Positions 19,096 through 25,844 of a stretch of DNA of 64,000 nucleotides are shown here, one piece after another. The DNA lies in IMG/VR virus record IMGVR_UViG_3300031857_000002, positions 124,001-188,000 of that record. One strand, given 5' to 3'. How positions within the stretch are numbered: position 1 is the first letter of the stretch; every line of letters starts with the position of its first letter. Under the pieces are notes generated by a model that did no database searches, had not been told where the DNA came from, and saw nothing but the letters and a program-made list of their open reading frames with translations. Position numbers and translations under genes: made by a program.

Positions 19096-19170
19096 TGGTA
19101 CCGCCATATGGAATCGAACCACAATTTCCAGGTTCGTAGCCTGGAGTATTATCCATTATACTATAGCGAT
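19096..19170 (-). tRNA. tRNA-Arg(ACG)
   Basis: Cloverleaf, encoded CCA. Confidence 0.9.
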
Positions 19171-19175
19171 GTTGT

Positions 19176-19250
19176 TGGTGCCGACTATCGGATTCGAACT
19201 GATGACCTATCGCTTACAAGGCGATTGCACTACCACTGTGCTAAGTCGGC
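19176..19250 (-). tRNA. tRNA-Thr(TGT)
   Basis: Cloverleaf, encoded CCA. Confidence 0.92.
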
Positions 19251-19254
19251 TAAT

Positions 19255-19330
19255 TGGCTCCCCAACGTGGGCTCGAACCACGGACCAACAGATTAACAGT
19301 CTGCTACTCTACCGACTGAGCTATTGGGGA
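19255..19330 (-). tRNA. tRNA-Asn(GTT)
   Basis: Cloverleaf, encoded CCA. Confidence 0.92.
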
Positions 19331-19340
19331 ATGATTGATA

Positions 19341-19430
19341 TGGCCGAGAGCCTGGGAGTCGAACCCAGTGACCGTATTACTACGGTCTACGGATTAGCAA
19401 TCCGCTGCATTACCGTCCTGCCCGCTCTCG
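19341..19430 (-). tRNA. tRNA-Ser(GCT)
   Basis: Long variable arm, encoded CCA. Confidence 0.9.
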
Positions 19431-19470
19431 ACAATCTACTTAGTAGGCACTCAAGCCTTCTACAAAAATC

Positions 19471-19545
19471 TGGTGGACCGTCCCGGGATCGAACCGGGGA
19501 CTGAAGCTTGCAAAGCTACTGTGTTCCCATCTATACCAACAGCCC
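19471..19545 (-). tRNA. tRNA-Ala(TGC)
   Basis: G3:U70 pair, encoded CCA. Confidence 0.92.
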
Positions 19546-19550
19546 ATGTG

Positions 19551-19624
19551 TGGCGTACCTCCAAGGACTCGAACCTTGACTGACGGTTTTGGAGACCGCG
19601 GTGCTGCCATTACACCAGAGATAC
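19551..19624 (-). tRNA. tRNA-Trp(CCA)
   Basis: Loop CT-CCA-AA, encoded CCA end. Confidence 0.9.
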
Positions 19625-19794
19625 CTAACACACTCTTTGGAATGTGTGTATTAAAGCACTCTAAAATACTTAGGCTGCCTGTTCTTAAAGAATGCTTTAA
19701 TACGCTGTAATTTTTTGTTCTACAAGAAGAACTCTATCCTACAGGCCGCCCATTTGCAGTTTTGAGTGATGCAGGCTCTCGTTGCCATTGCACT

Positions 19795-19829
19795 AAAAGA
19801 AAAACCCTAGAGTGTTTAGTTCCAGGGTC
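19795..19829 (-). terminator. intrinsic terminator of the putative attenuator
   Basis: Stem GACCCUGGA / UCUAGGGUU followed by UUUCUUUU. Confidence 0.8.
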
Positions 19830-19853
19830 CTTTGGGTAGAATACTAATGTACT

Positions 19854-19970
19854 TTACACGGACCCCGGGTCTCCTGGAATGCTATTCACGCGACCGTTCG
19901 CATGCGTCCAGGCCGATGGCTGGATAAACATGGATGTCTTTGACAGTGAATAGAATTTTGTTTTCATCAT
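19854..19970 (-). CDS. putative 38-aa attenuator leader peptide MMKTKFYSLSKTSMFIQPSAWTHANGRVNSIPGDPGSV
   Basis: ATG lies 6 nt after the -10 hexamer (leaderless); last codons form the antiterminator arm. Confidence 0.7.
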   Translation of the reverse strand: MMKTKFYSLSKTSMFIQPSAWTHANGRVNSIPGDPGSV

Positions 19971-19976
19971 GTACCT

Positions 19977-20005
19977 ATTATAGTTTATTTATGGTTGACA
20001 GTCAA
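19977..20005 (-). promoter_or_regulatory. sigma70 promoter of the leader/tRNA operon
   Basis: TTGACT-N17-TATAAT; palindrome GGTTGAC-N-GTCAACC overlaps the -35. Confidence 0.8.
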
Positions 20006-20042
20006 CCTGTTTTTGAACTTTTATTTATCAAGTTCACCAAAT

Positions 20043-20118
20043 TGGTTGCGGGAGGAGGAATCGAACCTTCCATCTGTGAGCTTATGAGACTCACGTGCGA
20101 CCACTACACTTTCCCGCG
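20043..20118 (-). tRNA. initiator tRNA-fMet(CAT)
   Basis: C1:A72 mismatch, 5' CGCGGG, ends AACCA. Confidence 0.85.
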
Positions 20119-20137
20119 GTAATACTTATACAAAAAT

Positions 20138-20215
20138 TGGAACACAGGGTGAGATTTGAACTCACGACTTTACGGATTTGCAATCCGTTGCATTTGACCG
20201 CTCTGCCACCTGTGC
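20138..20215 (-). tRNA. tRNA-Cys(GCA)
   Basis: U73 + CCA. Confidence 0.9.
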
Positions 20216-20218
20216 ATA

Positions 20219-20376
20219 TTTTTATAGTCAAGCACCGAGAGATGCCGATTTGTCAACAAAGTAGCTAGCTCTGACAAGCGAATGGCAGTTATGTCAGGAC
20301 CTGTTCCTCGCACAGTTAGGCCCGAATAGTGACAGCGTCCCGTCACGATACCTTTATCGATGCTTGACTATAAAAA
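20219..20376 (-). ncRNA. unassigned structured RNA, copy 2 (paralog of 16159..16330)
   Basis: Perfect 16-bp terminal inverted repeat TTTTTATAGTCAAGCA; internal hairpins; shared motifs with copy 1. Confidence 0.7.
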
Positions 20377-20459
20377 CATATTGAAACACACTAACTACCT
20401 TGGTATGTACTCAAGTTCATTGAACCGCTACGACCCTATCTTTAATGTGCTTCAATATG
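20377..20459 (-). ncRNA. unassigned stem-capped RNA
   Basis: Terminal stem CATATTGAAGCACA / TGTGTTTCAATATG. Confidence 0.5.
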
Positions 20460-20658
20460 CTCTGCATCCCCCGGCGGTAATTGTAGTACAGAAAGATACG
20501 ACGCTATCGTACCCATCACACGTACCTTCCACCCGCTTCCCGACAGGGACCGTTCTCGCATTGCTAGCGGCCTTTAGGTTCGAAGACTACCACCCGTAGT
20601 TGTCACACTACTTCTCATCCTGTGGGTCACAGTATCCAGAGACTAATCTGGAACGTTC
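20460..20658 (-). ncRNA. unassigned GC-rich structured RNA directly 3' of tRNA-Tyr
   Basis: No credible ORF; hairpins such as TCCAGA/TCTGGA, CTGTG/CACAG, GTAGT/ACTAC, TACGA/TCGTA. Confidence 0.55.
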
Positions 20659-20743
20659 TGGTGGAGATGATAGGGATCGAACCTATCGTGACCGAAGTCG
20701 GAGGAGTTACAGTCCCCTGCCACACCATTGCGGCGGCATCTCC
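20659..20743 (-). tRNA. tRNA-Tyr(GTA)
   Basis: Long variable arm, encoded CCA. Confidence 0.9.
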
Positions 20744-20748
20744 ATGTG

Positions 20749-20823
20749 TGGTACTCGATAGCGGAGTCGAACCGCTCTTGCCTGGATGAAAACCAGATGT
20801 CCTAACCGATAGACGAATCGAGC
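20749..20823 (-). tRNA. tRNA-Glu(TTC)
   Basis: Cloverleaf, encoded CCA. Confidence 0.9.
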
Positions 20824-20831
20824 AAATAAGG

Positions 20832-20896
20832 GAGAGCCACGGTTGCAGGACCTAGTGCTTCGTTACCGAAGGAAGTGTCCAGGCGATGTGACTCTC
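20832..20896 (-). ncRNA. unassigned 65-nt structured RNA
   Basis: Stems GAGAGTCAC/GTGGCTCTC, CCTGG/CTAGG and CTTCG-GTAA-CGAAG (GNRA loop). Confidence 0.55.
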
Positions 20897-20902
20897 AAAA
20901 CT

Positions 20903-20977
20903 TGGCGGTCTGTGGGGGAATCGAACCCCCGTAAGTGGATAGACAATCCACAGTAATAACCTCTATACGAACAGACC
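20903..20977 (-). tRNA. tRNA-Asp(GTC)
   Basis: Cloverleaf, G73 + CCA. Confidence 0.9.
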
Positions 20978-20985
20978 AAAATCTA

Positions 20986-21200
20986 CTATATTAAAAAATA
21001 CTAAAGGAACCATTGTGCATCTATGTCTACCTATAGGACCGTCTCCTATAGACCTGCACGGTCATTACTGCCTACATGCTCCGCCGCTTTTCTGGACATT
21101 TCTGCCCGGTTTCATAGACCTAGCTTGAGCGTGGGCGGCCCCACTGTCCTCGCCTTAGATCCCTAACGGTGTAGGTAACCTTTAATACATTTTAATATAG
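20986..21200 (-). ncRNA. unassigned ~215-nt structured RNA, first element after the tandem promoters
   Basis: ~20-bp AU-rich terminal stem (CTATATTAAAA...TAAAGG / CCTTTA...TTTTAATATAG) enclosing a GC-rich multi-hairpin core. Confidence 0.6.
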
Positions 21201-21233
21201 CAACCCTTGCGGGCTACTACAAGCAAACTTAAC

Positions 21234-21266
21234 TTTTTAAAGAACATCTAGTTAATTTCTAACTAG
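21234..21266 (-). promoter_or_regulatory. boxB-like hairpin plus boxA antitermination signal
   Basis: CTAGTTA-GAAAT-TAACTAG hairpin followed by TGTTCTTTAAAAA (rrn boxA: TGCTCTTTAACA). Confidence 0.65.
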
Positions 21267-21271
21267 TCTCT

Positions 21272-21300
21272 AGTATAACACAATAGCTATATCTAGTCAA
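21272..21300 (-). promoter_or_regulatory. tRNA/ncRNA operon promoter P2
   Basis: TTGACT-N17-TATACT. Confidence 0.75.
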
Positions 21301-21368
21301 CTTGTTTTTGCAAGTCCCTTCATTTTGGAAGGATTCTGCTAAGAACACTTGTTTCTTAACTTGTTTCT

Positions 21369-21397
21369 ATTGTAGCAAATTGCAAATATTGCGTCAA
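21369..21397 (-). promoter_or_regulatory. tRNA/ncRNA operon promoter P1
   Basis: TTGACG-N17-TACAAT. Confidence 0.7.
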
Positions 21398-21405
21398 CCA
21401 CCAAT

Positions 21406-21431
21406 AAAAAACCCGCTTAGTGCGGGTTTTT
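21406..21431. terminator. intrinsic terminator
   Basis: AAAAAACCCGC-TTAGT-GCGGGTTTTT. Confidence 0.85.
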
Positions 21432-21457
21432 ATAAATGTAATACTTTTGTTTACATT

Positions 21458-22357
21458 TTATGCAACGAACGGAGTATACTCAATTCCTGTTGTTGCTAAC
21501 CCTACTAATCCAATTGTGGTTTCAAACGCTGCCAACTCACTTGCGGCTACTAACACATCTGCTTGGCTCAAATTGCTACTGGTCATCCAAGCTGTGTAGT
21601 CAGTGACTTGTGTCAATGTAGCATCTGTACCAAATACGTTTTTGTAAACGTGCTTGATGAATGTTTCATTGCTGACACCACCTGCATCAGTTTTGTAAGC
21701 ATCGGTGGCCAACAATGCTGTGGCTAGTTCTTTGTTTGTCCACCCTGCATCGGCAAGATAGATACCAATGCCTTTGTATGCGTTGGTTACGTCTGTGGTA
21801 CCCAATGCGGCTGCCAACAATGCGTAAACATCACCAGCACGACCTGCGGCATCATAGGCAATGGCCTTGTCTGTGAATACCACACGCTCGTGGTCAGCAA
21901 GATTGAATTCCATGTTGCTGACCAATGTGCTGGCTAAGGTAACTTTAGCGGCAGTTTTGGTTGTGGTGAATTCTGTGCTGGCACCACCCATGGTGTAGGT
22001 GTCAACGCCTGTGGTGCCTGTAACATCCACAACGACATCAACTGTGCCATCACCTGCACGACCTGTGCCCACTACACCAAAGGTGGCAACTTTACCTAGT
22101 GTGCCAACAGTAGCCACTGTAACGATCAAGTTGTTGGCTACTGTACCACCCAATGCTGTTCCAGCAAGAGTGATAGTGTCTCCTGCCACATAGCCGCGAC
22201 CTGCACTTGCGGCAAGACTATCTAATACAACGGAATAAACACCGTTGGTCTTTGTAACATCAAATGCGGCTTCAACACCTGCACCGCCCGTTAACCCTGT
22301 AACGTTTTGGTATGTGGCATTGACTGCTTTGTCTTTGATTGTGATTGTTGTTGTCAT
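21458..22357 (-). CDS. Thr/Ala/Gly-rich S-layer-like protein with C-terminal DUF4214-like domain
   Basis: ERVVFTDKAIAYD, VSNETFIKHVYKNVFG; strongly biased composition. Confidence 0.65.
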   Translation of the reverse strand: MTTTITIKDKAVNATYQNVTGLTGGAGVEAAFDVTKTNGVYSVVLDSLAASAGRGYVAGDTITLAGTALGGTVANNLIVTVATVGTLGKVATFGVVGTGRAGDGTVDVVVDVTGTTGVDTYTMGGASTEFTTTKTAAKVTLASTLVSNMEFNLADHERVVFTDKAIAYDAAGRAGDVYALLAAALGTTDVTNAYKGIGIYLADAGWTNKELATALLATDAYKTDAGGVSNETFIKHVYKNVFGTDATLTQVTDYTAWMTSSNLSQADVLVAASELAAFETTIGLVGLATTGIEYTPFVA

Positions 22358-22485
22358 AATTTTCCTTTAAAATAAAAATGATCTATAAACTTAATTAGTG
22401 GTTTATACTAGTAGTATACATGAATTTTCTAACAAAACTTGTGCGTGTGCGCACATGATTGGTACGAAAGTTTGAAATTATTGCC

Positions 22486-22512
22486 AAAAGAAAACCCGCC
22501 GGAGCGGGTTTT
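22486..22512. terminator. intrinsic terminator ending the tmRNA coding piece
   Basis: AAAACCCGC-CGGA-GCGGGTTTT. Confidence 0.85.
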
Positions 22513-22694
22513 GGTGGTTTCTGTTACGAGGTATTTCCTACCCTAGGCTGCGTTTAGGCTGCCAAAGCGAACTGTTCGTCGTTTGCATTTACGGTTTTTG
22601 TGTCTTCGACCAGGTTACCCCAATCCTAACGGCTTCTACCTTGCCGGACTGTCCATGTTGTTACTCTTGACCCAATCGATCCTGTGTCAGGCCC
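22495..22694 (-). ncRNA. ssrA: two-piece (permuted) tmRNA, coding piece; tag ANDEQFALAA* at 22554..22586
   Basis: 5' GGGCCTG acceptor strand, GGATCGA D-region, GTAAAT-GCA resume context, typical proteolysis tag. Confidence 0.9.
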
Positions 22695-22695
22695 A

Positions 22696-22905
22696 TCATA
22701 ACGATTTTCGTCCCCAATTAATAATGTTCCATACTCTTTCATGAATATAATACAATATTGTATTCACTATTAATTGTGTTATAGCAATAGGTCCTGCAAT
22801 TGATAAGTTACCTGAAATTAACAAGACTATGAGGAATGTTGCACCCGATCCTGTTAATCTCCAACTTATAGTTTTTACAATGCTTCTCAAATTGCTATCG
22901 TTCAT
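22696..22905 (-). CDS. DUF2061-like small membrane protein inside the tmRNA intervening segment
   Basis: RSIVKTISWR...YYIHERVW..I.WG; AAGGA RBS immediately after the tmRNA CCA. Confidence 0.8.
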   Translation of the reverse strand: MNDSNLRSIVKTISWRLTGSGATFLIVLLISGNLSIAGPIAITQLIVNTILYYIHERVWNIINWGRKSL

Positions 22906-22914
22906 AAATCCTTA

Positions 22915-22978
22915 TGGTGGACCTGGCGGGCACTGCCCCCGCGTCTTGAATCCTTTTCTCTCTACTTCATACAGTCTT
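22915..22978 (-). ncRNA. ssrA: two-piece tmRNA, acceptor piece
   Basis: T-arm GCGGG-GGCAGTG-CCCGC; CAGGTCC-A-CCA pairs with GGGCCTG giving G3:U70. Confidence 0.88.
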
Positions 22979-23156
22979 AAACTTGCTCCACTATCTGAAT
23001 ATCCAGTCTTAACGGCTGATCCCAGTTGACCCAGGGTATGGTGCCGGCTTCTCTGGCACTCTCAATATCATCCAATATTTCGGTGACATTGTAGCCAGGC
23101 CCAGGAATGTCTCGTTCCTGCCATAGTTGATTTTGCATTGAGATAGTGATTTTCAT
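22977..23156 (-). CDS. 59-aa hypothetical protein (MKITISMQNQLWQERD...), not in the ORF track
   Basis: Translated by hand; TAAATA upstream. Confidence 0.5.
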   Translation of the reverse strand: MKITISMQNQLWQERDIPGPGYNVTEILDDIESAREAGTIPWVNWDQPLRLDIQIVEQV

Positions 23157-23167
23157 AACGATATTTA

Positions 23168-23722
23168 TTAGTCAACATCAATATCATCGTCTAGCACAAC
23201 CCATCCCAATCGAAACAAATCTTCACGAATTTCATCAGTGATCACGCTTTCAGGCACATAATTTTTTTTAGCTAGAATCTCTGCCTCTATTTCTGGACTA
23301 GATTCACTACCTCCGCCAATTACACCGCCAATGCCTGAACAATACCAATCCATGTAATCACCTTGTACTCGCATGTCTGCAATGATACCGCCAGCATACC
23401 GCCAGCTACAACTCCAGGTTTGATTCTTAAGAGTGGCCCAGACTTCGTTTTTTTGAAAGGTACGATTGCACATGGCCGCATAGAGATTCTGCGAATAGGA
23501 CTTGCTAGAACGAACTTTGGCCAACATGAAATCAGAGGTACGAAGATCGTACTCCATGTTGTTTTGTTGCCATTCGGTATCTTGTTCTTTGGCCATCTTG
23601 TTAATATTTGCTTGTTCAAACATTTTGATGTAGGCTTTATTGAGTTTTTTGCCGTTTTCTGCACATCGTTTGATGTAGTTTTCTTTTTGGAAAGTATTAC
23701 GACTAGGACTACAACTGATCAT
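23168..23722 (-). CDS. hypothetical phage protein
   Basis: GGAG RBS; conserved-looking motifs QNLYAAMCN and SWRYAGG. Confidence 0.65.
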   Translation of the reverse strand: MISCSPSRNTFQKENYIKRCAENGKKLNKAYIKMFEQANINKMAKEQDTEWQQNNMEYDLRTSDFMLAKVRSSKSYSQNLYAAMCNRTFQKNEVWATLKNQTWSCSWRYAGGIIADMRVQGDYMDWYCSGIGGVIGGGSESSPEIEAEILAKKNYVPESVITDEIREDLFRLGWVVLDDDIDVD

Positions 23723-23735
23723 TGTTACTCCAAAA

Positions 23736-23819
23736 TGGTACGAGTAGCCGGAGTCGAACCGGCACGCATTAAGCGGCGGATTTTAAGTCCGCTGGGTCTA
23801 CCGATTCCCCCATACTCGT
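23736..23819 (-). tRNA. tRNA-Leu(TAA)
   Basis: Long variable arm, encoded CCA. Confidence 0.9.
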
Positions 23820-23826
23820 ATGTTGT

Positions 23827-23988
23827 TTATCCGCCTCGGCCAGTGACCTTTTTAACAGGTTTACCCACTGGTGCAGGTGCTGTTGTTTTTTTAACTGACT
23901 TGGAACCTTTGGTAGGTTTTGCATCAGGATGTTGCGCGGCATGTTTTTTCTCTAATGCCGATTTTACTGCTGTGATAAATGAAGCCAT
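23827..23988 (-). CDS. 53-aa Lys-rich basic protein (MASFITAVKSALEKK...KKVTGRGG), not in the ORF track
   Basis: AGGAG RBS; translated by hand. Confidence 0.6.
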   Translation of the reverse strand: MASFITAVKSALEKKHAAQHPDAKPTKGSKSVKKTTAPAPVGKPVKKVTGRGG

Positions 23989-23997
23989 AGTGTTCTC

Positions 23998-24198
23998 CTA
24001 GTACTTGTTATTTAACGCGGCCCAGGTCATCCAGGCACGAAAAGCATTATATACTGTGAGGGCTTCGTTTTCGTCTACAGGAACTTTGACACCACGAACA
24101 TAAAATCCATCTGCAGTGACTCGCAACATTTCATCATCGCTACCTGCATGAAGTATGATTTTGGGTTTGCTATCTGATTGATGTAGCGTGTATGTCAT
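23998..24198 (-). CDS. hypothetical protein
   Basis: AAGGA RBS after the tRNA-Arg CCA. Confidence 0.55.
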   Translation of the reverse strand: MTYTLHQSDSKPKIILHAGSDDEMLRVTADGFYVRGVKVPVDENEALTVYNAFRAWMTWAALNNKY

Positions 24199-24207
24199 AA
24201 TATTCCT

Positions 24208-24282
24208 TGGTCCGGCCACTAGGAATCGAACCTAGATTGATAGCTTAGAAGGCTACTGTATTATCCATTATACTATGGCCAG
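24208..24282 (-). tRNA. tRNA-Arg(TCT)
   Basis: Cloverleaf, encoded CCA. Confidence 0.9.
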
Positions 24283-24288
24283 AGAGTT

Positions 24289-24365
24289 TGGTGCGCCCAC
24301 AAGGACTTGAACCTTGGACCAAAGGATTATGAGTCCTCTGCTCTGACCAACTGAGCTATAGGCGC
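24289..24365 (-). tRNA. tRNA(CAT), probably Ile2 (lysidine)
   Basis: GACTCATAATC anticodon arm and GGTTCAAGTCC T-arm resemble bacterial Ile2. Confidence 0.8.
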
Positions 24366-24373
24366 ATTGTTTT

Positions 24374-24402
24374 ATTGTACAAGGAAAACTATTTATAGTC
24401 AA
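24374..24402 (-). promoter_or_regulatory. sigma70-type promoter for the tRNA pair
   Basis: TTGACT-N17-TACAAT; spacer contains TATAAATA. Confidence 0.7.
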
Positions 24403-24639
24403 CCCATCTGGCGGATCTCTACCACCTGATACCGGCTGTATGGGTAGCGTTCCTGTAGCCACTCCAGCAGGCCTTCTTCCCAAGGTAGTACCACAGTCTC
24501 GGCTGAATTTACAATCACTCTCATAGTAGGGACTTGATGTAGGCAATCACAGCCTGGGCTTCTGTGAAGTCTGTGATTTCGGGTGCAAGTGCCTCATATC
24601 TATAAGATGTCCACCCTAGTTGGCTAAAGTCTGCTCGTT

Positions 24640-24954
24640 TCATGCTGTCATCCATTTTACTTCTCCTTTTATTTCGATACTTTCAGCACCGTCGTATTCG
24701 TTGATTTGAAATTCAGTGCCCACAGGAAGCCAGGCTATGGCCAAGTCTTTCATGCCACCTGTGTAGAGTCCTGGATACTTGAGTGCGACATAAGTTTCCA
24801 TTTCTGCCCACTGGTCAGTTTCCACGAACTTTACAATGGCCGGATCAAACACAAGTTCTGGCACTTCCTTGTTCCAGGTCGACCAACCTGCACCGAACCC
24901 TGGCGAGTATAGCACAGCCACTTTGCCGTTGTCAATCAACTTGTTCATTACCAT
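24640..24954 (-). CDS. hypothetical phage protein
   Basis: VAVLYSPGFGAGWSTW and EYDGAES motifs. Confidence 0.7.
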   Translation of the reverse strand: MVMNKLIDNGKVAVLYSPGFGAGWSTWNKEVPELVFDPAIVKFVETDQWAEMETYVALKYPGLYTGGMKDLAIAWLPVGTEFQINEYDGAESIEIKGEVKWMTA

Positions 24955-25178
24955 TCTTTCTTGTCGCCATTGGCTTCGTTGTCACGATAGCCGGCTGTGT
25001 AGGCCGCAAGCTCGGCTGGGGTCATCTGATCCATGTCAATGCGAGGACTTTTGTGAGTGTCTCTCACAAAGTAATGGGGCCAGTAGTCACGACCGTAGTA
25101 GCTGTCACAGACGCCACGATCGTAAGGACCACCATGTCGTTGGTCGTGATAACCAGATTGTGTTTGTTCTTTAATCAT
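24948..25178 (-). CDS. hypothetical phage protein
   Basis: RHGGPYDRG..DSYY motif; coupled overlaps. Confidence 0.65.
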   Translation of the reverse strand: MIKEQTQSGYHDQRHGGPYDRGVCDSYYGRDYWPHYFVRDTHKSPRIDMDQMTPAELAAYTAGYRDNEANGDKKEW

Positions 25179-25378
25179 ATTGTTTCCTTTGGTGCCATCA
25201 TTTTGCGTCCTGCCGCTATAAACATACGATAGGCCACTCGCTCTTCTTTCTCAAGATCGTCGTAGCATTCTTCCATGCTCTTAAGACCTTCTAAAACGTT
25301 GCCTTCGCAGTAGAGTTCTGCGTATTCCTGCACAATACGGCAAGCATCGCCGAGTTCCATGTATAGTGGTGTTCCCAT
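25175..25378 (-). CDS. hypothetical protein
   Basis: AGGAG RBS before MGTPLY. Confidence 0.6.
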   Translation of the reverse strand: MGTPLYMELGDACRIVQEYAELYCEGNVLEGLKSMEECYDDLEKEERVAYRMFIAAGRKMMAPKETI

Positions 25379-25388
25379 TGTGTTCTCC

Positions 25389-25766
25389 TTAAGCCGCTTT
25401 GCGGAAGTATTGATAGGGCAAGCCCAGGGTCCAAGCAAGGTAATCATTGTCGCCTTGGGTGCCTTCGGCTTCGTGGATCCAACGCATGGCCATGTCCTGA
25501 TCCTTGGCACCAATGCTGATTAACTCAGCAACACGGCGCTCAAACTTTTCTAGGTTGATAGCCTCTGCGGCCTTACGAGCGATTTCTTCACGCTCGATAA
25601 TTTCTTCCAACTGCTTGAACTCAGCAACATAGTCTGCCTCTGTCCAAGCAGAAGTGTCAATGCCACGTGGGCGGATACCAAACGCATCTTTGTACATATC
25701 CCAATAGGTGCAGGCATACTGCTCAAGAGTTGTCATCTGTTCCCAAGTTGTAAATTCTGTAGTCAT
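25389..25766 (-). CDS. hypothetical phage protein
   Basis: DMYKDAFGIRPR motif; AGGAG RBS; own promoter. Confidence 0.65.
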   Translation of the reverse strand: MTTEFTTWEQMTTLEQYACTYWDMYKDAFGIRPRGIDTSAWTEADYVAEFKQLEEIIEREEIARKAAEAINLEKFERRVAELISIGAKDQDMAMRWIHEAEGTQGDNDYLAWTLGLPYQYFRKAA

Positions 25767-25796
25767 CTGTGGCTCCTTATTTCTTACTATGTTCAT

Positions 25797-25825
25797 ATTA
25801 TAGCAAATTGGTAATTATTGGTCAA
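25797..25825 (-). promoter_or_regulatory. sigma70-type promoter
   Basis: TTGACC-N17-TATAAT. Confidence 0.8.
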
Positions 25826-25844
25826 CCAAAATGCAGTGTTGTAA

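Noticed and set aside
19108-20599. Short ORFs from the track overlapping tRNAs and ncRNAs, and most plus-strand ORFs antisense to long genes
   Set aside because: Shadow frames without RBS or motifs, overlapping better-supported features.
20832-20896. SRP RNA (CAGGACC...GAAGGAAG on the plus strand)
   Set aside because: Wrong strand for the operon, and the helix-8 GNRA/AGCAG geometry is not met.
20460-21200. RNase P RNA or group I intron
   Set aside because: No GAGGAAAGUCC/P4 signature, no recognisable P7 core, and no split tRNA halves.
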